Positions 28,003 through 35,248 of a stretch of DNA of 64,000 bases are shown here, in pieces (the first letter of the stretch is position 1; every line of letters begins with the position of its first letter). The stretch lies in IMG/VR virus record IMGVR_UViG_3300032242_000818, positions 1 to 64,000 of that record; one strand, given 5' to 3'. A model generated the notes under the pieces. That model was not told the origin of the DNA, made no database searches, and worked only from the letters and a program-made list of their open reading frames with translations. The position numbers and the translations under genes are program-made. Source of the stretch: a virus.

Positions 28003-28129
28003 TGATATTAGTTTAGATGACGCACTATTTGCTATGCTCAACGGAATTAGCTGCAGCATTACCGTTTCTATACATAGTTAGGGAGGGTTGACGTTTACCC
28101 AATCGCTTACGTCATCTAAACTAATACCA
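28003..28129 (-). ncRNA. unidentified structured RNA (element 2)
   Basis: 17-bp perfect terminal inverted repeat 28006-22/28110-26. Confidence 0.6.
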
Positions 28130-28130
28130 C

Positions 28131-28343
28131 ATTTAATTACACTGGGATGGTAGACAACAATCTGTTCAACAGTTTACCACGTCATCGTCTGACGATTGGT
28201 TGTTACCACATTACCTTCCAGTTTTGTCCAGCGTCCTCCTGATATTATCTCAAGGTTTCTTGTGTCTATGATCGGTTGGATCGGCACCCAACATTGCGAA
28301 TCATAGAACACCTACTGGCACTGGCAACCCAATGCAATTAAAT
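28131..28343 (-). ncRNA. unidentified structured RNA (element 3)
   Basis: 16-bp closing helix with two G:U pairs on the minus strand; multibranch interior. Confidence 0.6.
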
Positions 28344-28344
28344 C

Positions 28345-28420
28345 TGGTACTCGGTGGGGGAATCGAACCCCTCCTTCCTGCCGTGAAAGGGCAGTGTCCT
28401 AGCCGATAGACGAACCGAGC
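28345..28420 (-). tRNA. tRNA-Glu(TTC)
   Basis: Loop CTTTCAC. Confidence 0.92.
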
Positions 28421-28539
28421 ATGGTGGTGATTTAGTTTTTTGTCATCTGAACTTCACCAAACTTGACATTATGCCTCATGCACCGTATTTACCGTTGACT
28501 TAGAGAGGACTTTTGATTAATTTCTCAACCTAAGACATT

Positions 28540-28602
28540 ATTATACCTCAACTTGCTATAAAAGTCAAGCGATATTTTTAATCCCTTATTGCAAGAAAGG
28601 TT
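28540..28602 (-). promoter_or_regulatory. internal promoter in the tRNA array with palindrome variant
   Basis: TTGACT(28568-63)-17-TATAAT; CCTT-N9-AAGG 28584-28600. Confidence 0.65.
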
Positions 28603-28604
28603 AT

Positions 28605-28678
28605 TGGAGTAAGTGACAGGAATCGAACCTGCTTCCATGGATTTGCAATCCAGTACCTGTCCAACTGGTTCCACTTAC
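28605..28678 (-). tRNA. tRNA-Cys(GCA)
   Basis: Loop TTGCAAA, U73. Confidence 0.85.
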
Positions 28679-28683
28679 ATTAA

Positions 28684-28758
28684 TGGTGGGCTCAAGTGGA
28701 TTCGAACCACTACCTTATCAATTATGAGTTGACGGCACTACCTTTATGCTATGAGCCC
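28684..28758 (-). tRNA. tRNA-Ile2(CAT, lysidine type) probable
   Basis: Loop CTCATAA, GGGCTCA acceptor; Ile2 versus Met is inferred. Confidence 0.75.
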
Positions 28759-28764
28759 AACAAC

Positions 28765-28839
28765 TGGCGCGACATGCAGGAATCGAACCCACATTCGTAG
28801 GGTAGAAGCCTACTGTATTATCCATTATACTAATGCCGC
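28765..28839 (-). tRNA. tRNA-Arg(TCT)
   Basis: Loop CTTCTAC. Confidence 0.88.
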
Positions 28840-28845
28840 AAAAAT

Positions 28846-28931
28846 TGGTACGAGTGGAGGGACTTGAACCCTCAATCCATTACTGGCGACAGATTTTAAG
28901 TCTGTAGTGTATACCATTCCACCACACTCGC
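28846..28931 (-). tRNA. tRNA-Leu(TAA)
   Basis: Loop CTTAAAA, long variable arm. Confidence 0.9.
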
Positions 28932-28940
28932 AACTAACAC

Positions 28941-29029
28941 TGGCGGAAGATGTGAGAGTTGAACTCACTCACCGATTTAACTCGATGACAGATTAGCAAT
29001 CTGCTGCATTACCGTCCTGCCCATCTTCC
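28941..29029 (-). tRNA. tRNA-Ser(GCT)
   Basis: Loop TTGCTAA, long variable arm. Confidence 0.9.
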
Positions 29030-29035
29030 TAACTT

Positions 29036-29111
29036 TGGTACCCAATAGAGGAATTGAACCTCTACCTCTGCGTTCGTAGCACAGTGTGATCATCCATTTC
29101 ACCAATCGGGC
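29036..29111 (-). tRNA. tRNA-Arg(ACG)
   Basis: Loop CTACGAA. Confidence 0.88.
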
Positions 29112-29116
29112 ATATT

Positions 29117-29208
29117 TGGCGGAAAGCAGAGGAGTCGAACCCCATCCCATTTCTGAGAACCCAGTTTTCAAGGCTGGTCGGCGCACCAACGCACCTGCAT
29201 TACTTTCC
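29117..29208 (-). tRNA. tRNA-Ser(TGA)
   Basis: Loop CTTGAAA, long variable arm. Confidence 0.9.
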
Positions 29209-29213
29209 ATATT

Positions 29214-29288
29214 TGGTACCTCGTGACAGATTCGAACTGCCGACCTTCTCCGTGTAAAGGAGACACTCTACCACTGAGTTAACGAGGC
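29214..29288 (-). tRNA. tRNA-Val(TAC)
   Basis: Loop TTTACAC. Confidence 0.9.
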
Positions 29289-29294
29289 ATATTT

Positions 29295-29369
29295 TGGTGG
29301 ACCGTAAGAGAATCGAACTCTTACCTCTGACGTGCAAAGCCAGCGTGCTCCCATTATCACTAACAGCCC
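29295..29369 (-). tRNA. tRNA-Ala(TGC)
   Basis: Loop TTTGCAC, G3:U70. Confidence 0.9.
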
Positions 29370-29376
29370 AAAACAT

Positions 29377-29453
<77 letters not shown>

Positions 29454-29461
29454 ATAAAAAC

Positions 29462-29535
29462 TGGTGCCCCATGACAGAATCGAACTGCCGTAACCTGATT
29501 ACAAAACAGGTGTAATACCATTATACTAATAGGGC
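29462..29535 (-). tRNA. tRNA-Thr(TGT)
   Basis: Loop TTTGTAA. Confidence 0.9.
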
Positions 29536-29536
29536 A

Positions 29537-29610
29537 TGGTCCTCTCGACAAGAATTGAACTTGTAATGGACGCTTATCAAGCGTCTGTTATACCATTTAA
29601 CTACAAGAGG
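29537..29610 (-). tRNA. tRNA-Ile(GAT)
   Basis: Loop TTGATAA. Confidence 0.88.
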
Positions 29611-29615
29611 ATATT

Positions 29616-29691
29616 TGGTGCTGCCTAGTAGAATCGAACTACTTTCCGAGGTTCTTCAGACCCCTGCTATGACCACATCAGCTAAAGCAGC
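29616..29691 (-). tRNA. tRNA-Phe(GAA)
   Basis: Loop CTGAAGA. Confidence 0.88.
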
Positions 29692-29693
29692 AT

Positions 29694-29768
29694 TGGGGTG
29701 TCGTATGAGAATTGAACTCATGATGACGGAATCACAATCCGTAGTTTTACCACTAAACTAACAACACC
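29694..29768 (-). tRNA. tRNA-His(GTG)
   Basis: Loop TTGTGAT, G-1:C73. Confidence 0.9.
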
Positions 29769-29773
29769 ATAAT

Positions 29774-29847
29774 TGGTAGGGGCACAGAGAATTGAACTCT
29801 GGTTAATAGGTTAAAAGCCTACTACTTTACCACTAAGTTATACCCCC
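29774..29847 (-). tRNA. tRNA-Lys(TTT)
   Basis: Loop CTTTTAA. Confidence 0.9.
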
Positions 29848-29855
29848 AAAACTTA

Positions 29856-29950
29856 CCAAACAAAAACACATTGAGTAGGAGTCGAACCTACATTTAATGC
29901 CTTATGAACACCATCCTGGCCAATTAGATGATCAATGTGTTTTTGTTTGG
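29856..29950 (-). ncRNA. tRNA-like RNA with extended acceptor helix and no CCA
   Basis: 19-bp perfect terminal repeat enclosing a D arm, a shortened anticodon arm and a canonical T arm GTAGG-TTCGACT-CCTAC. Confidence 0.7.
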
Positions 29951-30021
29951 CACCCGAAATAAGAATCGAACTTATACTAACAGAGTCAAAGTCTGCTGTG
30001 CTACCACTACACCATTCGGGA
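29948..30021 (-). tRNA. tRNA-Gln(TTG)
   Basis: Loop CTTTGAC, unpaired 1-72. Confidence 0.9.
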
Positions 30022-30033
30022 ACATTTGGTACG

Positions 30034-30050
30034 CAAATTTTTAAAGAACA
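30034..30050 (-). promoter_or_regulatory. rrn-type boxA antitermination element
   Basis: TGTTCTTTAAAAATTTG versus rrn consensus TGCTCTTTAACA, just upstream of the first tRNA. Confidence 0.7.
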
Positions 30051-30065
30051 TTGGGCACGATGGCC

Positions 30066-30105
30066 AAAAACAAAAAACCCTCTAACTTTTCAGGTAGAGG
30101 GTTTT
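30066..30105 (-). terminator. intrinsic terminator (attenuator) upstream of the tRNA array
   Basis: AAAACCCTCTA-loop-TAGAGGGTTTT-TTGTTTTT. Confidence 0.85.
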
Positions 30106-30151
30106 GGGAAATAAACTAGTATTTGTTTACTTTACTTTCCAAAACCCCCTC
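30096..30151 (-). promoter_or_regulatory. antiterminator helix, mutually exclusive with the terminator
   Basis: AGGGGGTTTTGG (end of leader ORF) pairs with CCAAAACCCTCT (5' arm of terminator); AAAGTAAAC/GTTTATTT extends it. Confidence 0.75.
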
Positions 30152-30254
30152 GATCAAACGCATATGATACATTAATCTCTGGGCGTGAGCATGTCCAGCC
30201 ACTTAATAGTGGTAGATGTTTATTCATCTGTCTGGATATGTTTAACGATTTCAT
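30132..30254 (-). CDS. 40-aa attenuator leader peptide containing all 20 amino acids (not in ORF track)
   Basis: MKSLNISRQMNKHLPLLSGWTCSRPEINVSYAFDRGGFGK*; ATG at the predicted +1; last codons form the antiterminator 5' arm. Confidence 0.75.
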   Translation of the reverse strand: MKSLNISRQMNKHLPLLSGWTCSRPEINVSYAFDRGGFGK

Positions 30255-30261
30255 AGGATTG

Positions 30262-30326
30262 ATTATACTACAGTTTTCTTTGAAAGTAAAGCGAAATTTT
30301 AATAACCTTACAATTCGTAGGGTTAT
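30262..30326 (-). promoter_or_regulatory. tRNA operon promoter with palindrome
   Basis: TTTACT(30290-85)-17-TATAAT(30267-62); palindrome ATAACCTTAC-AATTC-GTAGGGTTAT 30302-30326. Confidence 0.72.
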
Positions 30327-30361
30327 GTTTTATTTAGGAGTGTTTCTCACCTCTAGCACTT

Positions 30362-30390
30362 ATTATACGATACTATTTGATAAAAGTCAA
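30362..30390 (-). promoter_or_regulatory. upstream tandem sigma70-like promoter
   Basis: TTGACT-17-TATAAT. Confidence 0.65.
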
Positions 30391-30417
30391 GTATTATTTT
30401 GACTTTATTTTTGCATT

Positions 30418-31365
30418 TTATGAGATTATACCGTTGTCGTATTTTACCATTCCAGTAAATAATTTGTATCCAATACCAAAACGCATATCTTTTTTCTTCT
30501 CTAGAGTAAAGTTACCAACACCATCAATAATTTTAATTTCCATATCATCAATTTCATTACATTTACTTTTTAGGTAAACAATATCAATATTATTAGCAAC
30601 ATTAGAAATATTGAAATGCGGTACTGTTATTTTTGATGGTATTGAATATTCGCCCCTGTTAATTGGCATATGCTTAAAAATTCTTTTATCATTAATGGTT
30701 GGATCTGTTATAGTTATTTTAAATTCTATATTATTATCACAATCTTTAGATTGCAATTCAATTGGGCAAAACATCCATGTCCAATTTGGCTGAAAAATTT
30801 GTAAGTTTTGATTATCTAAATCAATAGTAGCTGGTATATTAGTAACAACGCATATATTATGTATATCTCGTTGATGTTCATTAATTGCTTTTCTTGGTTT
30901 TGTTACTTGATAGACAAAATTAGTAAAGTTATGTTTTTCTGATGGTACAAATATCCTTAGAGGAATTTGACCACATTTATCAACTGGTTTATAATTTAAA
31001 ATATGCGGTCCATCACCATTTGGTTCAGTTCTATGTTTTGACAACTCTAACAGAGAACACATATCACTGAATTTCAACTCTTTCGTTGTAGGATCCCAAA
31101 ATTTAATGTTATTATCATAGATATCAGTTGTTTCACAAACAGAATTATATGGTGTCCAAAAAGTTTGGTCGGCATAACTTGGATGTTTTTTGAATTCTTC
31201 TAATGATAATGTTATACTAAAAATTGTTTCATTATTCCTAAGATTTATAAATCTATATCGAAAAGTTTCTGGAGTTACAAAAATATCATTTAAGAACATA
31301 GTTTCTTCTTGGTAGTATTTTAACCAGTTATTCCAAGAACATCTACTAGCATATACATGCATCAT
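30418..31365 (-). CDS. hypothetical protein
   Basis: 315-aa AT-rich ORF. Confidence 0.65.
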   Translation of the reverse strand: MMHVYASRCSWNNWLKYYQEETMFLNDIFVTPETFRYRFINLRNNETIFSITLSLEEFKKHPSYADQTFWTPYNSVCETTDIYDNNIKFWDPTTKELKFSDMCSLLELSKHRTEPNGDGPHILNYKPVDKCGQIPLRIFVPSEKHNFTNFVYQVTKPRKAINEHQRDIHNICVVTNIPATIDLDNQNLQIFQPNWTWMFCPIELQSKDCDNNIEFKITITDPTINDKRIFKHMPINRGEYSIPSKITVPHFNISNVANNIDIVYLKSKCNEIDDMEIKIIDGVGNFTLEKKKDMRFGIGYKLFTGMVKYDNGIIS

Positions 31366-31832
31366 ACTTTTTCCACTTTAATTTTACATTTTTCAAGAAA
31401 CTCCAAACCGATAGTATCGCGATATGACTCATGATAGTAAACTTTACTTATGCCTGCTCCATGAATCAACTTAGCGCAATGTATACAAGGAGCATGAGTA
31501 CAGAATAAACTTGAGCCATTGCCTGATTCGCCATCACGAGCCAGTTTGAGTATAGCATTTGCTTCAGCATGAATAACCTCATTTTTTGTTACCAATTTAT
31601 ATGTTATCCACTCATCGTGAAGTTTGTCTGTTTGCTCACGCCAATCACCATCATCACAATAGATTTTAGTTTCACATTCATTTGTCCAACCAGCTGGCAT
31701 GCCATTGTAACCAATTGAGATAATACGATTATCTTTAACGATAACCGCACCTACCTTCAACCTAACTGCACTGGACAAATCTGCGAATCTAGTCGCAGTA
31801 TCCATAAATGCTCTAATCCATTTTGGTTTCAT
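31362..31832 (-). CDS. dCMP deaminase
   Basis: VGAVIV, GYNG, HAEANAI, THAPCIHCAK. Confidence 0.93.
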   Translation of the reverse strand: MKPKWIRAFMDTATRFADLSSAVRLKVGAVIVKDNRIISIGYNGMPAGWTNECETKIYCDDGDWREQTDKLHDEWITYKLVTKNEVIHAEANAILKLARDGESGNGSSLFCTHAPCIHCAKLIHGAGISKVYYHESYRDTIGLEFLEKCKIKVEKV

Positions 31833-32484
31833 AATATTTCCAATGTTCAGGTGGATGTATACCCCATGGGTTTTTTGTTTTACCGTTTTTATATATTAAC
31901 AAGATATCACCAGCGATGCATTTTCTTTCAATATCTGAGTTAAAAGTCCAATGATTTAATTTAGAAGGGAACATGCAAAGAGTTCCTTCTTTAATATTTA
32001 ATTGATAAGTCTTGCTATTAAATTTATTTTCTGTTTTACAGTTTGGCTCAACACCATCAATAGTATTAAATGCTCCATAAAATGGTTCGTTTAAATTTGT
32101 TCTAGTGTCAGTAAAACAAATCTTATCAAGCCCACCATCAGGTAAATCAACATAATATGTAAACGATAAATGGTGGTCAGCGTGTGAATGCATTGGAACA
32201 GCAACTTCTGCATTTACGTATGAAAGCCAAGATTTACCAATAACAATGTAAAAATTATTAAGGTTAATCTCCATTGTTTTTAAATATTCACTGGAAGAAG
32301 CCACCACAAAATTATAGAAATTATCTAATTTTGAATTGTGGTGAACGTCATTATGCCCAGTATGCTCTCCAATTTTTTTTATTTCTAGATGTTTGTATTC
32401 TTCTAGAAATATTCTTTTTAGTTCTTCTTTATTTGGATATTCAAAAGTTGCTAAAAGAGTTGGGAATATTTCTACTACGTTCAT
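31813..32484 (-). CDS. putative 2OG-Fe(II) oxygenase
   Basis: FPT, SW, HSH, SFTYY, EG.L..FPS.L.H. Confidence 0.78.
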   Translation of the reverse strand: MNVVEIFPTLLATFEYPNKEELKRIFLEEYKHLEIKKIGEHTGHNDVHHNSKLDNFYNFVVASSSEYLKTMEINLNNFYIVIGKSWLSYVNAEVAVPMHSHADHHLSFTYYVDLPDGGLDKICFTDTRTNLNEPFYGAFNTIDGVEPNCKTENKFNSKTYQLNIKEGTLCMFPSKLNHWTFNSDIERKCIAGDILLIYKNGKTKNPWGIHPPEHWKYYETKMD

Positions 32485-33050
32485 ACGTAATTTACATTTA
32501 TAACTACACGAGTATCGTGATATAGTGGGTTACTTGCAGTATGATAGTGGAATCCATCTAGGATAACTGCACGATTCTCAATTGGTTTTATTCTTTCTTG
32601 AATTGTAAAAGATTTCAGATTTTTACCAGTATAATGTTCATTAAATACATATGTGTCACCATCTGTGTCATTCATGTAAAGGATTAAAGTTTTATGTGGG
32701 AAATGGTAATCAATGTGCGGTAAATTATAATTTCCATCAATAAATCCATGTTTAAAACATTTCATACCAAGACGAATTCTTTTAAATTTAGTTTCTGGAC
32801 CATTTAATCCTATTATACGTTTCATAACTGGAACCATAAAACCCAATGCTTCAGAGTCACCGTATTCTATTTCTGAATTGAATATATCCCTATTGAACCC
32901 CCATGTATCTTGCGCCATTGAATCGATAATACCATGTTCATTGTGACCAAGGGATAGATTTTCGCCATAATACCAATGTGGTCTTGGACCTAGTACGTAT
33001 TCTTTTACTATCTTATAATCTTCATCAGACAAAAAATTATCAATTATCAT
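32481..33050 (-). CDS. 2OG-Fe(II) oxygenase
   Basis: IIDNFL, PHID, YMNDTDGDT, NRAVI.DG..YHTAS.P, R.VIN.N. Confidence 0.82.
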   Translation of the reverse strand: MIIDNFLSDEDYKIVKEYVLGPRPHWYYGENLSLGHNEHGIIDSMAQDTWGFNRDIFNSEIEYGDSEALGFMVPVMKRIIGLNGPETKFKRIRLGMKCFKHGFIDGNYNLPHIDYHFPHKTLILYMNDTDGDTYVFNEHYTGKNLKSFTIQERIKPIENRAVILDGFHYHTASNPLYHDTRVVINVNYV

Positions 33051-33811
33051 TTTTCAAATCCAAATGGACATTTAGGTTTAGGATTATTTTCATTATACTC
33101 TTTAATCCAACGTGTATATCTTTCTGGACGAATCATATCATATTCGTCTGGTATACCAATTTTAGAAAATTCTTCTTGAGAGACTAGATGATGTTTTAGT
33201 ATTACAGTTTTATCGGTTACTGGAACCATGTGCACTAATGGTGTACCAGATTCAATCATAAATTTATCAACATTTTTATTTACAAACATATTTACATTAG
33301 TCTGTGACTGGTAATCATATGATACACTGCCAGGCAGAACAGTAAAATTGTTTGTATGTTTATGCAAATTCCATGCTGGTGAATTCCACAAAAACTGAAT
33401 TCCAGTTTTTTCGCGCAACCTCCATGGACCTTCTAATTTTACATGGATATAATTTTCAAAAATATTACCAAATTGTTCTCTTGAGTGTATTTGATACTGA
33501 AATGGTAAACCTACCATCGCAACTGCAGTTTTATTTTCTAATGATGATTTTGGCTCTGCTAAAAAATCTGTCCACATTGGTATAATAAATCCTTGTTTGT
33601 AAAGATTTATTAACCCAATACATTTTCTTATTGTTGCAGATTGATATTTTATTTTTGTGCTATTATCTATTTGATCATAGAAATTAGGCATTACTTTGGC
33701 TTCTTCTGGAAAATACTTTATAGCTGGTCTAATTTTATACAAATCATATACACTTCTATGGATTGTAAAACAGTCGACTATAATTTCTTTTCTTTTAAAC
33801 CAAAATATCAT
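33047..33811 (-). CDS. hypothetical protein, paralog of 35249-36007 (C-terminal KCPFGF)
   Basis: FWFK..EI.VDCFT, K.C.G, GFIIP.W.D, G.PL.H..P. Confidence 0.7.
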   Translation of the reverse strand: MIFWFKRKEIIVDCFTIHRSVYDLYKIRPAIKYFPEEAKVMPNFYDQIDNSTKIKYQSATIRKCIGLINLYKQGFIIPMWTDFLAEPKSSLENKTAVAMVGLPFQYQIHSREQFGNIFENYIHVKLEGPWRLREKTGIQFLWNSPAWNLHKHTNNFTVLPGSVSYDYQSQTNVNMFVNKNVDKFMIESGTPLVHMVPVTDKTVILKHHLVSQEEFSKIGIPDEYDMIRPERYTRWIKEYNENNPKPKCPFGFEK

Positions 33812-34557
33812 TTCTTTTCGAATCCCATATCTTTCATCATGTTCTCAAGCATATCTCCAGCATTATCATCAGTAAGAATTGCTGGGTCTTCATTTAGACC
33901 ACGCCACGCTTCAATTTTAAATTTAGGTTTCTTGCCATCAACAGTCCATTTCTTGCCATTCCAATGAGCAAACTTATAGAATGGCCAATTACCTTCTTTA
34001 GTTTCATAAAAACCTACGTAGTGTGGGTTATTATCAATAGGATACCATTCAGTAACTGTTGCTTCGTATTCCTCACGCTCACGATCGGCTTCTTCTTCTT
34101 CTAACCAATCTTCATGACGACCAATTAGATCAGTAAAATCAAGCAGTTCATCAGGCAAATTTTCTAGACTATCACGATCGCTGATATCATATTCATAGAA
34201 GTCATCATAACCATCAGCAAAGCGACCACAGAAACCCATTCCAGATTCCCAGTACATTGCTTCTACTGTGTATCCATTTTCTTCCATGAATTCATAGAGA
34301 GCCAATGGTGGTGACCAAGCAGAATCAAACGAAACCCAAATAGTATTATCGTCTTGTCGTTCCCAGTCATGAATCATAGCATCCCACTTGGTGCCCCAAT
34401 TATTAACTGACCATTCATAATCCCACTCTCCACTTGGATTAGGATAGATGGTGTTGAATATTTGAATGTTATCACTTTTAAGATTTGCTTCTATCGCATC
34501 AATCTTAGATTTATCTGGATGGGTAATTGTTAATGTATTGTCACACCAATTTGGCAT
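33808..34557 (-). CDS. DUF1281/YubB ferredoxin-like domain protein
   Basis: MPNWC.N, W...NWGTKWD, FDSAWSPP, Y.E.GM.FCG. Confidence 0.75.
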   Translation of the reverse strand: MPNWCDNTLTITHPDKSKIDAIEANLKSDNIQIFNTIYPNPSGEWDYEWSVNNWGTKWDAMIHDWERQDDNTIWVSFDSAWSPPLALYEFMEENGYTVEAMYWESGMGFCGRFADGYDDFYEYDISDRDSLENLPDELLDFTDLIGRHEDWLEEEEADREREEYEATVTEWYPIDNNPHYVGFYETKEGNWPFYKFAHWNGKKWTVDGKKPKFKIEAWRGLNEDPAILTDDNAGDMLENMMKDMGFEKK

Positions 34558-34573
34558 AATATAAACTCCATAA

Positions 34574-34792
34574 TTAAAGGTTTTTGATTTTGGCTATCAC
34601 TTGCTCTGCTGCTTTCATCCCTTCTTTCTCCATCATATCATCAAACAATTCTTCTCGTGCTAGTTGAATGTTGTTTAATACTATCATGGCTTCTCGTTCG
34701 TCCATAGAGTTGAGCATCATTTTGAACTCATCCTCTTCTAAACTTAGAAGGAATAAAATAAAGTTTCTATCTTCGTCTTCAAGATGTCGCAC
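34574..34792 (-). CDS. hypothetical protein
   Basis: Gene run. Confidence 0.55.
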   Translation of the reverse strand: MRHLEDEDRNFILFLLSLEEDEFKMMLNSMDEREAMIVLNNIQLAREELFDDMMEKEGMKAAEQVIAKIKNL

Positions 34793-35210
34793 TTTCTTTG
34801 GCTTTCTTTTCTAATGGTGGTACGAACCCAGCATCAGTTACCAATTTTCGTGTGATCTTTGGATACTTCTTATGTAGTGTCTGGTCTTTGACTGCAATCA
34901 AGACTTCTGCTTCAGTAGGATGACAACCCTCAAGCATAGAGATAAACAAACTCTCACGTTTTAATGCTGTCAAATCTGCTCGGCAGAAAACATACAACCT
35001 ACGCATTTCACTGAACAGATTAGTTGGGGTCATACCCAATGGTTCAGCTGCAGGTTTAAATGGTGGTTCACCTTCAGGAAGAATCATTTTCTTTGAAGGT
35101 TCAAACGCATATTCAAAAATTAATTTCAGAACAGCATCATCTTTAAAAATTTCAATTGCTTTTGGATCCGAATTTATCTCTTCAAGCATTTGGGTTACAT
35201 ACTTACGCAT
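34779..35210 (-). CDS. conserved T4-like hypothetical protein
   Basis: LPEG.PPF, KRE.LFI..LEG.HP.EA. Confidence 0.75.
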   Translation of the reverse strand: MRKYVTQMLEEINSDPKAIEIFKDDAVLKLIFEYAFEPSKKMILPEGEPPFKPAAEPLGMTPTNLFSEMRRLYVFCRADLTALKRESLFISMLEGCHPTEAEVLIAVKDQTLHKKYPKITRKLVTDAGFVPPLEKKAKESATS

Positions 35211-35248
35211 ATTAAAATTCCTCTAGTTCATTCAGATAGTTCATATTA

